A stretch of DNA of 62,207 nucleotides, the filler included. It is 3 parts of 3 records of this genome, joined end to end, with 100 filler letters (N's around TTAATTAATTAA, not from the genome) between each part and the next. Parts side by side here need not be neighbours in the genome. Positions count along the whole stretch, not along the records: positions 1 to 25,488 come from DRR723986_4990; 2 more parts are not named here. One strand, given 5' to 3'. Below the pieces are notes generated by a model. It was not told the DNA's origin. It made no database searches and worked only from the letters and a program-made list of their open reading frames with translations. Both the position numbers and the translations under genes were made by a program. Positions 1-8,435 of this stretch are shown here, one piece after another (the stretch's first letter is position 1; the number at the start of each line of letters is the position of its first letter).

Positions 1-282
1 CAGCTGCATGCCGACGCAGATGCCGAAGAAGGGCTTGGCCTGCTTCAGCACCGCCTCGTTCAGCGCATCCTCCACGCCCTCCCGCGCGCGCAGGCCCGCG
101 GCGCAGTCGGCAAAATGGCCGACGCCGGGCAGGACGATGCGGGTGGCTTCGAGGATGACTTCGGGGGAATCGGTCACGATAATCTCGTGGCTCGTTCCCG
201 CCAGCGCCGCCGCCTCCCGCAGGGCCCGTTCAGCCGAGTGGAGGTTGCCGGAACCGTAATCGATCAGCGCGACCTGTGTCAT
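1..282 (-). CDS. hisH: Imidazole glycerol phosphate synthase glutaminase subunit (5' part, runs off window)
   Basis: Hand translation from ATG at 282: MTQVALIDYGSGNLHSAERAL...IVLPGVGHF...PFFGICVGMQL. Shows the HisH IDYGxGN and LPGVG motifs and the catalytic GICxGMQ. Absent from the ORF track because it is truncated. Confidence 0.95.
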   Translation of the reverse strand, partial: MTQVALIDYGSGNLHSAERALREAAALAGTSHEIIVTDSPEVILEATRIVLPGVGHFADCAAGLRAREGVEDALNEAVLKQAKPFFGICVGMQL

Positions 283-403
283 GCGCGCGTGTTAGCGGGG
301 CTGCGGGCACAGGAAAAGGTATTTCGTGTCACGGGCGTGGTTCTTCCTTGTGGGAAAGCAGGCTAGGTTCGCGCTGTTGCCAATATTGCACTTGAGGGTA
401 TCC

Positions 404-721
404 ATGCCGGAAATCATACAGGATGCGAAGACCTTCCGGGCCGACCGGGCCTGGGGGGCGCGCGATATCGCCCGCGTCGACGGGGCGAGCGTGCGCCTGC
501 ACTGGACCGACCAGCCCTATGAATGGCACGTCAATGACGGCGAAGAGGTCTTCGTTGTGCTGCAAGGGGTGGTCGACATGCACTACCGGGAGCGCGGGCA
601 GGAAAAGATCGTCCAGCTCTCGCCGGGGGACATGTTCGTCGCCGGGGTGGGGGACGCGCATGTGGCCCATCCCATCGGGGAAGCCCGCGTGCTCGTGATC
701 GAACGCGAAGGCTCCGTCTGA
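404..721 (+). CDS. Cupin domain protein (~105 aa)
   Basis: Cupin motifs WHVNDGEEVFVVLQG and GDMFVAGVGDAHVAHP. ATG 404 is preceded by GAGGG. Confidence 0.85.
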   Translation: MPEIIQDAKTFRADRAWGARDIARVDGASVRLHWTDQPYEWHVNDGEEVFVVLQGVVDMHYRERGQEKIVQLSPGDMFVAGVGDAHVAHPIGEARVLVIEREGSV

Positions 722-809
722 CAGTCCGCCGGTCCGGTTTTCCTTGTGCGAGGGCAGGGGCTGTCCCAATGTTCGCGCCAGATTCGAGACCAAAACCGGA
801 GTATGCCCC

Positions 810-2246
810 ATGCGCCCCATCCTACCGCTTCTTTCCACCGCGCTCCTCGCGGCCTGTATCACCGGCCCGGCCTGGCCTGAAAGCCGCGATGCGCAACTGA
901 TAAAACAGGTGGAAGAAAAGGCGGAGCTGTCGAGCAGCCTGTCGGACCAGATCTGGGAATGGGCGGAAGTTGGCTATCAGGAGGAAAAATCCTCCGGCCT
1001 GCTGCAGCAGACGCTGAAAGTCGAAGGCTTCGACATCGAGGCGGGCGTCGCGGGCATCCCGACGGCGTTCGTGGCGGAATACGGCACCGGCGGACCCGTC
1101 ATAGCCATCCTCGCCGAGTTCGACGCGCTGCCGGGCATCAACCAGACGGCCAGCCCGGACAGGGAAGAGCGCGAAGGCGTGGGCGCGGGCCATGCCTGCG
1201 GCCACAACCTCTTCGCCGCAGGCTCCACCACGGCGGCTATCGCCATCAAGGACTGGCTGAAAGAGACCGGCACGCCGGGCCGCATCCGGCTTTACGGCAC
1301 GCCGGCGGAAGAGGGCGGCAGCGGCAAGGTCTATATGGTCCGCGCGGGGCTCTTCAACGATGTCGACATCGCGCTGCACTGGCATGCGGGGGACCGTAAC
1401 TCCGCTGCCGCGCGCACGACGCTGGCCAACCGTTCGGCCAAGTTCCGCTTCCGCGGACTTTCGGCTCACGCGGCGGGTGCGCCGGAGAAGGGCCGCTCGG
1501 CGCTCGACGGGGTCGAGGCGTTCAACATGATGGCCAACATGATGCACGAGCACATCCCGCAGGAAGCGCGCATCCACTATGTGATCACTTCAGGCGGGTC
1601 TGCCCCGAACGTGGTGCCGGACTTCGCCGAAGTCTTCTACTATGTCCGCCACCCCTCCGCCGATGGCGTCGAGGAGATCTGGCCGCGTCTTGAAGCTGCC
1701 GCGAAAGGCGCCGCGATGGGCACCGGCACGACGGTCGACTGGGAAATCATCCACGGCAACAACCCGCTGCTGGTGAACGAGACGCTGGCCAGGATGATGG
1801 ATGAGAAACTCCGCGAAGTCGGCGGCGTCACCTATAATGAAGAAGAGCAGGCCTTCGCCGCGGCCATCCATGAAACACTGAACGCACCGACCCTGCCGCT
1901 CGGCTCCGAATCCGAAGTGCAGCCCTATGAAGTCTCGCTCGGTTACGGTTCCACAGATGTGGGCGATGTGTCCTATACCGTACCGACCGTGGGCCTCAAC
2001 ACCGCGACCTGGGTGCCGGGCACGCCGGCCCACTCCTGGCAGGCGGTTGCGGCCTCCGGCACGTCGATCGGCCACAAGGGCGCGCAGGTGGCAGCAAAGA
2101 CGCTGACACTGGCGGCGATCGAGCTCTTCACGAATCCGAAGCTGCGCGAAGAAGCGCGCAAGGAATTCGATGAGAAGCGCGGGCCGGATTATCAGTACCG
2201 CTCGCTTCTGGGTGACCGCGACCCGCCACTCGATTATCGGAAATAG
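810..2246 (+). CDS. M20 family amidohydrolase, AbgB-like, with N-terminal signal peptide
   Basis: Motifs EFDALPG, GHACGHN, GTPAEEGG, LHWH, GSTDVGDVS and HSW. Hydrophobic N-terminus MRPILPLLSTALLAAC. Confidence 0.85.
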   Translation: MRPILPLLSTALLAACITGPAWPESRDAQLIKQVEEKAELSSSLSDQIWEWAEVGYQEEKSSGLLQQTLKVEGFDIEAGVAGIPTAFVAEYGTGGPVIAILAEFDALPGINQTASPDREEREGVGAGHACGHNLFAAGSTTAAIAIKDWLKETGTPGRIRLYGTPAEEGGSGKVYMVRAGLFNDVDIALHWHAGDRNSAAARTTLANRSAKFRFRGLSAHAAGAPEKGRSALDGVEAFNMMANMMHEHIPQEARIHYVITSGGSAPNVVPDFAEVFYYVRHPSADGVEEIWPRLEAAAKGAAMGTGTTVDWEIIHGNNPLLVNETLARMMDEKLREVGGVTYNEEEQAFAAAIHETLNAPTLPLGSESEVQPYEVSLGYGSTDVGDVSYTVPTVGLNTATWVPGTPAHSWQAVAASGTSIGHKGAQVAAKTLTLAAIELFTNPKLREEARKEFDEKRGPDYQYRSLLGDRDPPLDYRK

Positions 2247-2314
2247 AGGCCGCAAAACTCCGGACACGTCGCGCTGGCGGAAATGCGCGAAGCGGACTTG
2301 CCTGCCCACTGTCG

Positions 2315-2611
2315 TCAGCTGCGCGCCATGCCTTCATTGTCAGCCCGGTCCAGCGGCTGCTGATCGCGGGCAAGCGCGTCCGCAAGTTCGGCAGGGTCGA
2401 TGGCGATGAATGTGGTCTGCGTCCGCTGACCGCGTTTCGTGTGAACGATCATCGTGGTGGCGATCCGCCGGAAGGCGAGAAAGGACGGGCTGTCCAGGGG
2501 CTCTTCTTCTGTCTCGATCGTATAATTACCCGCAGGCCATTCTTCTTCGAGACTATCGAGATAAAACGGGCTTCGGAACGTTACGAGGTGCTTTGAAATT
2601 CTATTCGCCAT
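2315..2611 (-). CDS. Hypothetical protein (98 aa), recalled as a small alphaproteobacterial family (VTFxxPF...PAGxYxxETxEE...SFxAxRR)
   Basis: ATG 2611 with SD AAAGGA upstream and globular composition. Family resemblance is from memory only. Confidence 0.75.
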   Translation of the reverse strand: MANRISKHLVTFRSPFYLDSLEEEWPAGNYTIETEEEPLDSPSFLAFRRIATTMIVHTKRGQRTQTTFIAIDPAELADALARDQQPLDRADNEGMARS

Positions 2612-2752
2612 GATGGTTCCTTTCCGGTCTCCACGTTTAACCCCTGTGGACTCCGGATTGATGCGGGAAAGCCGCATCCGGAAAGCGGATCCGGACGCGG
2701 CTCCCCAGGTGCGATCAGGCGTAGGGGGGTGCCTGACCGCATTCGGGAACAA

Positions 2753-2887
2753 CTAGTTCTTCAGAGGGATTTCTTTGTCCTGCTTGCCTTGCTGGCGAGC
2801 TTGTGCTGCGCGCCTTTCCTCCAGCGACTGCGGCTGCGAGGGCTTTCCAGGCTTGTCCTGTTTGCGTTTGTTATTTTGGGAGGACAT
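2753..2887 (-). CDS. Putative 44-aa hydrophilic microprotein MSSQNNKRKQDKPGKPSQPQSLEERRAAQARQQGKQDKEIPLKN
   Basis: Hand-translated ORF below the track cutoff. GAAAG upstream, alternative in-frame ATG at 2902, co-oriented with the flanking ftsH and 98-aa gene. Confidence 0.5.
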   Translation of the reverse strand: MSSQNNKRKQDKPGKPSQPQSLEERRAAQARQQGKQDKEIPLKN

Positions 2888-3006
2888 TGGATTGGCTTTC
2901 ATCTGTACGGAAAAAATATTCCGTCTCCCTGATATGGGGATGCGGCCCGGCGATTACATCGGGCGTACAGAATAAAGGCGTCTGCGCCGCCGGGGCAGAT
3001 GCTGCG

Positions 3007-4818
3007 CTAGGTGCTGGCGGCTGACCGCTTCAGGGATTTGGCGATTTCGGCAATCTCGTCTTCGTCCAGCGTTTCCTTCCTGAGCAGATCCTGCGCGCAT
3101 TTTTCGAGAAGGTCGCGATTGTCCGAAAGGACGGCCGTCGTACGCTGGAAAGCGTCGCGGATGATGTCGGCCGTGGCCGCGTCGAGACGTTCGGCCGTGG
3201 CTTCGCTGATGGACCGTGACCTGACGGGTGTATTGTCCAGGAAGAGGGGGCGATCCTCCTGGAAGACCAGGTGGCCAAGCGACTCGTCCATGCCGAATCG
3301 CTCAACCATGCTGCGGGCGATGTCAGTGGCCTTGGAGAGATCATCGGCGGCGCCTGTGGAGACTTCGTCGAAAATCAGTTTCTCGGCGGCCCGCCCGCCA
3401 AGCAGCACGCAGATCTTGTTGACCAGTTCTTCCCGGGTCATCAGGTAGCGATCTTCCGTAGGCCGCTGGATTGTATAACCGAGCGCGCCGACCCCGCGCG
3501 GAATGATGGAGACCTTATGCACCTTGTCTGATCCCGGCAGGGCGAGGGCCATGATCGCATGTCCCATTTCATGATGCGCCACGATCCGGCGCTCTTTCTC
3601 ATTGAGCAGGCGATTGCGTTTCTCGAGCCCGGCAACAATGCGTTCGATGGCGGCGGAAAAATCTTCCATGCCAACTGCATCCGCCCGGCGCCGGGTGGCC
3701 AGGATTGCCGCCTCGTTCACGAGGTTTGCCAGGTCTGCGCCTGTGAACCCTGTTGTCATCGATGCTACCGGCTCCAGGTCAACGTCCGGCCCCAGAAGAA
3801 TCTTGCGGGTGTGGACTTTCAGGATCGCGATCCGGCCCGCCTTGTCAGGCTTGTCGACGAGGACCTGCCGGTCGAACCGGCCAGCGCGCAGGAGCGCGGG
3901 ATCGAGAATTTCCGGACGGTTGGTTGCGGCCAGCAGGACGATCCCTGAGGAGGGGTCAAAGCCGTCCAGTTCAGCGAGCAACTGGTTCAGGGTCTGCTCA
4001 CGTTCATCATTGCCTGCGATCTGTCCGAGGCTGCGGGCGCGGCCGAGGGCATCGAGTTCGTCAACGAAGATGATCGCCGGCGCCATTTTCCGGGCCTGGG
4101 TAAAGAGGTCGCGCACACGCGCTGCGCCAACGCCGACGAAGACTTCGACAAACTGCGATCCGCTGATGGAAAAGAATGGCACGCCGGCCTGACCGGCCAC
4201 GGCGCGCGCCAGCAGGGTCTTGCCTGTCCCGGGCGGGCCGACCAGCAGAACGCCCTTCGGGACATGTGCGCCGAGCCTTTCATATTCACCCGGATTCTTC
4301 AGGAAATCGATGATCTCCATGAGTTCGAGCTTGGCTTCATCGACACCGGCTACGTCATCGAAGGTGACCCCGGTTTCCTCTTCGGCGAAGATCTTTGCAC
4401 CGCTTTTCCCGAGCGAAATGGCGCCGCCGCCCGCGCCAATGGACCGCCGGAACAGAAAGAAATAAAGCCCAAGAAACAGGATAAGCGGGGCCAGCATCGA
4501 CACAAGCGCGCCAAAAACGGGGTTCGGCGGAACATTTTCGATTTCCACGTCCATGCCTTCGAGCCGGTCGGCGAGGGCTGGATCGACCAGGCTGGTCCGG
4601 AACCGGTCATTCCCGTCGACAGGCTGTCGAAACGTGCCGGAGAGGGTGGATCCCGAGATCGTCACTTTCTCGACCTGACCCTCGCGCGCAAGCTTTTCGA
4701 ACTCGCTGTAGGACAGCCGTGCCTGGTCCGCTGGCCCGGAAAGGAGGGCCTGCATCAGGAAATAAAGCGCGACCAGCGACATGAAGGGCCAGAGCTGGAA
4801 TTCGTCGTCGTTCTTCAT
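3007..4818 (-). CDS. ftsH: ATP-dependent zinc metalloprotease FtsH (probably a second, FtsH2-type paralog)
   Basis: Two N-terminal TM segments, Walker A GPPGTGKT, Walker B IIFVDE, SRH ATNRPEILDPALLRAGRFDR, zinc motif HEMGH. Confidence 0.95.
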   Translation of the reverse strand: MKNDDEFQLWPFMSLVALYFLMQALLSGPADQARLSYSEFEKLAREGQVEKVTISGSTLSGTFRQPVDGNDRFRTSLVDPALADRLEGMDVEIENVPPNPVFGALVSMLAPLILFLGLYFFLFRRSIGAGGGAISLGKSGAKIFAEEETGVTFDDVAGVDEAKLELMEIIDFLKNPGEYERLGAHVPKGVLLVGPPGTGKTLLARAVAGQAGVPFFSISGSQFVEVFVGVGAARVRDLFTQARKMAPAIIFVDELDALGRARSLGQIAGNDEREQTLNQLLAELDGFDPSSGIVLLAATNRPEILDPALLRAGRFDRQVLVDKPDKAGRIAILKVHTRKILLGPDVDLEPVASMTTGFTGADLANLVNEAAILATRRRADAVGMEDFSAAIERIVAGLEKRNRLLNEKERRIVAHHEMGHAIMALALPGSDKVHKVSIIPRGVGALGYTIQRPTEDRYLMTREELVNKICVLLGGRAAEKLIFDEVSTGAADDLSKATDIARSMVERFGMDESLGHLVFQEDRPLFLDNTPVRSRSISEATAERLDAATADIIRDAFQRTTAVLSDNRDLLEKCAQDLLRKETLDEDEIAEIAKSLKRSAAST

Positions 4819-4945
4819 TCCGGTCCCTGATGCGGCTGGATCTCACGATGCGTACAGATCACGCCACATGATAGGCGGCCGTCAGGCCTAAGGCAAAGAC
4901 GATACGCCGCCGCAGTTACACGTTCGGTGGCAGTTTCGGCAGGAC

Positions 4946-5542
4946 CTAGAGGCTGCCCTTGGTGCTGGCCGGCTTGCCGCCGAGCTTCGGATCGACCGTT
5001 ACTGCAGCGCGCAGGGCGCGGGCGGTGGCCTTGAAGCAGCTCTCGGCAATGTGGTGGCAGTTCTCCCCGTAGAGGTTCTCCACGTGCAGGCACATGCCGC
5101 CATTGCCGGCGAGGGCGTGGAAGAACTCCTTGAAGAGTTCGGTGTCCATCTCGCCGATCTTGTCGCGCGTAAACTGTACTTTCCACACCAGATAGGGCCG
5201 TTTGCAGAGGTCGAGGCTCGCCCGGCTCAGCGTCTCGTCCATCGGGATGTAGGCCGTGCCGAAACGGGTGATGCCGGCAAAGTCGCCCAGAGCTTTCAGG
5301 ACAGCCTGGCCGATGACGATGCCGGTGTCCTCGACACTGTGGTGCATGTCGATGTGCAGGTCGCCGTCGCAGCGCACGGTCAGGTCGATGGCGGAATGCT
5401 TGGAGAAGCTTTCCAGCATGTGGTCGAAAAAGCCGATCCCGGTCTGGATGTCGGATTTTCCTGTGCCGTCGAGGTCCAGGGTGACGGAGATGTCCGTTTC
5501 CTTGGTCTTGCGGCTGACAGTGGCGGTGCGGTTCTGGGTCAT
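4946..5542 (-). CDS. hisB: Imidazoleglycerol-phosphate dehydratase
   Basis: [44 protein letters not shown]. Confidence 0.97.
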   Translation of the reverse strand: MTQNRTATVSRKTKETDISVTLDLDGTGKSDIQTGIGFFDHMLESFSKHSAIDLTVRCDGDLHIDMHHSVEDTGIVIGQAVLKALGDFAGITRFGTAYIPMDETLSRASLDLCKRPYLVWKVQFTRDKIGEMDTELFKEFFHALAGNGGMCLHVENLYGENCHHIAESCFKATARALRAAVTVDPKLGGKPASTKGSL

Positions 5543-5665
5543 GGCTGCCGATATAGTGTGTAGATCGCGCTACAGCTAGCGCATCTTGTTCACTGATTTC
5601 TAAACATATTGGGGGAATGTGCGCCCGGGAACGCACGCCCTGTGGTGTGCCGAGGCGAGGTACCT

Positions 5666-7414
5666 TTGCGCAAGCTGTCGCAGATACGCCGGTTTTTCGG
5701 CTCAATGACGCTGCCGGCATTTGCCGCGACTGCCGGCGCGATTGCGGCCATTCTGGTTTTCTCCGCCGTTGTGGTGCTGGAACAGTCCTACCGGGTTCTT
5801 GTTGAGGGCAAGGCGTGGACCGAGCTTGCTTCGCCTCCGGAAGTCATCGCCGGTCTCGTGCTGATGTCGGTTACCGTTTCGGCTGGTGCAGCATTCCTGC
5901 TGGCCCGCTCCTTTCAGCGCTTCCTGCAGAATTTTCTCGCTTATCTGGACGATACGTCGTCGATGCGCCCGCGCGGCGTGGAATCGGTCATGTTCAAGGA
6001 GCTGCGCCGCCTGCGCGTGGCGCTGACCCGCCGTGTCAGCCATCTGCGCCGGGAAAACGAGCGCCTGACCAATATCGCTTATGTCGACCAGCAGACCGGC
6101 CTGCCGAACACGATCGCGCTGGAGGCCGAGATCGAGCGCAAGCTGCCCTTCGCTTCGTTCGATGCGCCGGCCGCTTTTTTCCTGCTGGACCTCGACCAGT
6201 TCGGCCGGGCCGCCGAACGGCTGGGCAGCCTCGCCACGAACGCGCTCCTGAAGTCGGTCGGGGAGCGACTGACCGGTTGCATGTCCCGCCTTGAAGCGCC
6301 GGTCGCCTCGAGCCTCGAAGGCTCGGTGATCGCGGCGCTGCATAATGATCAGTTTGCGATCTTCCTGCCGAACGCCATCACGCGGGAGAATGTCTCCAAT
6401 ATCGCGCGGGCCATCCGCGTTGCCTTTGCACAGCCCTTCGAGATCAACGGCCAGTCCGTCAGTGTCGGAATGTCGGGCGGGATCGTCATGGCGCCGGAAG
6501 ATGCGGACTCGGCGCAGAAACTGTTTCGCCATGCGGACCTCGCCCTCCAGCAGGTGCGCCAGGAGTCGGCCTCCGGCTTCCGTTACTTCTCGCCGCGCCT
6601 GAACCGGGTTGCCCGCGGCAAGTACATGCTGGAAGCGGAGTTGCGCGAAGCTGTTGCTGCGCGTGAATTCAAGGCCGTGTTCCAGCCGAAGGTCGATTTT
6701 GCCACTGGAAAGATCGTCGGCTGCGAAGCGTTGGCCCGCTGGCAGCGCGCCAATGGCAAGATCATTTCTCCGGCGGCCTTTATTCCGCTGGCGGAAGAAA
6801 CGGGGCTCGTCAATCAGATCGGCGAGCAGATCCTCGAATCGGCCTGCGAATGCGCTGTCGTCTGGATGAAGGAAGGCTTCGACGTCTCCGTTGCCGTGAA
6901 CGTGTCACCGCGGCAGTTCATGACGGTAGACCTGACGAATCTGGTGCTCGAAGTGCTGAAGCGGACCGGCTTGCCGCCTGCGCGGCTGGAACTCGAGATC
7001 ACCGAAAGCATGGCCGTCTCCGACCCGACCAAGGTGGACCGCGTGATGCGTCCGCTGCGCGCGCTAGGTGTGAAGCTGGCACTCGACGATTTCGGCACGG
7101 GCCATTCGAACCTGTCGATGCTGACGCAGCTGCCGTTCGATGTGTTCAAGATCGACCGCCAGTTTGTCTCCGCGCTCGACGCGGATCGTCAGGCCCCGGC
7201 AATTGTCGAGATGATCCTCGCCATGGCCGAGACGCTCGGCCTGAAGACGGTGGCCGAAGGCGTCGAAACCGACCGGCAGGCCGAGTTCCTTTCGCGCCGC
7301 GGATGTTCCATGGCGCAGGGCTTCCTTTATTCGCCGGGCCTGCCGCAGGAAGGGTTCCTTGAACTGCTGCGCGGCTGGGACAACCGCGCCAATGCGAACC
7401 GCAAGGCAGGCTAA
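5666..7414 (+). CDS. Membrane-anchored GGDEF (degenerate)-EAL protein, probable c-di-GMP phosphodiesterase
   Basis: Two TM helices; D..TGLPN; GGDEF replaced by HNDQF; intact EAL, DDFGTG, KID and EGVE motifs. Start uncertain (TTG 5666 with GAGG, or ATG 5705). Confidence 0.9.
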   Translation: MRKLSQIRRFFGSMTLPAFAATAGAIAAILVFSAVVVLEQSYRVLVEGKAWTELASPPEVIAGLVLMSVTVSAGAAFLLARSFQRFLQNFLAYLDDTSSMRPRGVESVMFKELRRLRVALTRRVSHLRRENERLTNIAYVDQQTGLPNTIALEAEIERKLPFASFDAPAAFFLLDLDQFGRAAERLGSLATNALLKSVGERLTGCMSRLEAPVASSLEGSVIAALHNDQFAIFLPNAITRENVSNIARAIRVAFAQPFEINGQSVSVGMSGGIVMAPEDADSAQKLFRHADLALQQVRQESASGFRYFSPRLNRVARGKYMLEAELREAVAAREFKAVFQPKVDFATGKIVGCEALARWQRANGKIISPAAFIPLAEETGLVNQIGEQILESACECAVVWMKEGFDVSVAVNVSPRQFMTVDLTNLVLEVLKRTGLPPARLELEITESMAVSDPTKVDRVMRPLRALGVKLALDDFGTGHSNLSMLTQLPFDVFKIDRQFVSALDADRQAPAIVEMILAMAETLGLKTVAEGVETDRQAEFLSRRGCSMAQGFLYSPGLPQEGFLELLRGWDNRANANRKAG

Positions 7415-7929
7415 GGGACGCGGTGATAGACCGTGACCGGATGGTCACGCAGCGATGACATTGTCCAGAGCATGTACCCGGCCTTCTCCGCCACCCGGCG
7501 TGAAGCTTTATTGCCTTCATCGATGATGCAGACGCTTTTGCCCTGATGGGTTTTATCCAGCCATGCGTGCATCCGCTTCACGACTTCACTGCCGATGCCC
7601 CGGCCCCATGAAGCCCGGCCGAACGCCCAGCCGGCTTCCGGCCATTGCGACAGGTCCGGCGACATGCCCCGCCTGAAATCGGAAAATCCGGCTTCGCCGA
7701 GCCAGGTGCCGGTTTCACGATCCAGCACGGTCCAGTAGCCGAAGCCTTTCACATCCCACATGCCGCGTCCGCGCACGGAAGCGAACCAGACATCCTGCGG
7801 GCTGCGAGTGACGCCGCCAATGTAGCGGACAACATCGGCATCGCCCCACATCGCAACGGCGTGCGGGTAGTCGGCTTCTTCGAAAGGCCGGAGAATCAGC
7901 CGGTCTGTCGTCAATGTGGGTGGGTTCAC
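7411..7929 (-). CDS. GNAT family N-acetyltransferase (RimJ/RimL-like)
   Basis: LTTDRLILRP, EAGW..WGRGIGSE, NKASRRVAEKAG. The GTG start overlaps the upstream stop. Confidence 0.85.
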   Translation of the reverse strand: MNPPTLTTDRLILRPFEEADYPHAVAMWGDADVVRYIGGVTRSPQDVWFASVRGRGMWDVKGFGYWTVLDRETGTWLGEAGFSDFRRGMSPDLSQWPEAGWAFGRASWGRGIGSEVVKRMHAWLDKTHQGKSVCIIDEGNKASRRVAEKAGYMLWTMSSLRDHPVTVYHRVP

Positions 7930-8357
7930 GCGCCAGCCTTCATCTTCGCCAGCATGGCGCCCATGGCGGCATGCACGGTCTGGATGGCTTTCAACGGGCG
8001 GACCATGACCTTGAAGTCCGTGATCTGTCCGGCATCGTTCCATTCGATCATGTCGACACCGTTCACCTGGATGCCGTCCATCACGCACTCGAATTCCAGC
8101 ACGGCCTTGTCGCCGCAATCGAAGGCACGGACATAGCGGAATGTATCGCCGCCCAGCGTTTCCCCGGCCGCGGTGAGATAGGCCATCGTGACGGGCTTGC
8201 CTTCCTGCGGCGTGTGCACGACCGGGCTGCGGAAGACGACATCGTCGGCCAGTTGGCCGGACAGGCCCTCCGGCGAGTGGTCGCTTTCCATCCAGTCGAA
8301 CCAACGCTGCAGATGCGCCGAATAGCCGGTCATCGGAATCAGGTGTTGTCTTGCCAT
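7926..8357 (-). CDS. SnoaL/NTF2-like domain protein
   Basis: LADDVVFRSPVVHTPQEG, VLEF, VNGVD, KVMVRPLKA pattern. SD GGAGG upstream of ATG 8357. Confidence 0.8.
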   Translation of the reverse strand: MARQHLIPMTGYSAHLQRWFDWMESDHSPEGLSGQLADDVVFRSPVVHTPQEGKPVTMAYLTAAGETLGGDTFRYVRAFDCGDKAVLEFECVMDGIQVNGVDMIEWNDAGQITDFKVMVRPLKAIQTVHAAMGAMLAKMKAGA

Positions 8358-8435
8358 GTCGTTTCCTCCGGCAGGCACCCTAAGCATCCGGCCAAGGCCG
8401 GGCAACTTTCGTTTTTAGGGCAGGGGCCCTGCCGA

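Noticed and set aside
2932..2960. RpoH promoter upstream of the 44-aa ORF
   Set aside because: CCCCATAT is present on the minus strand but there is no convincing CTTGAA -35 at the right spacing; not called as a feature.
5588..5604. CtrA box upstream of the EAL gene
   Set aside because: TTCA-N7-CTAA has a mismatch in both half-sites; too weak to support.
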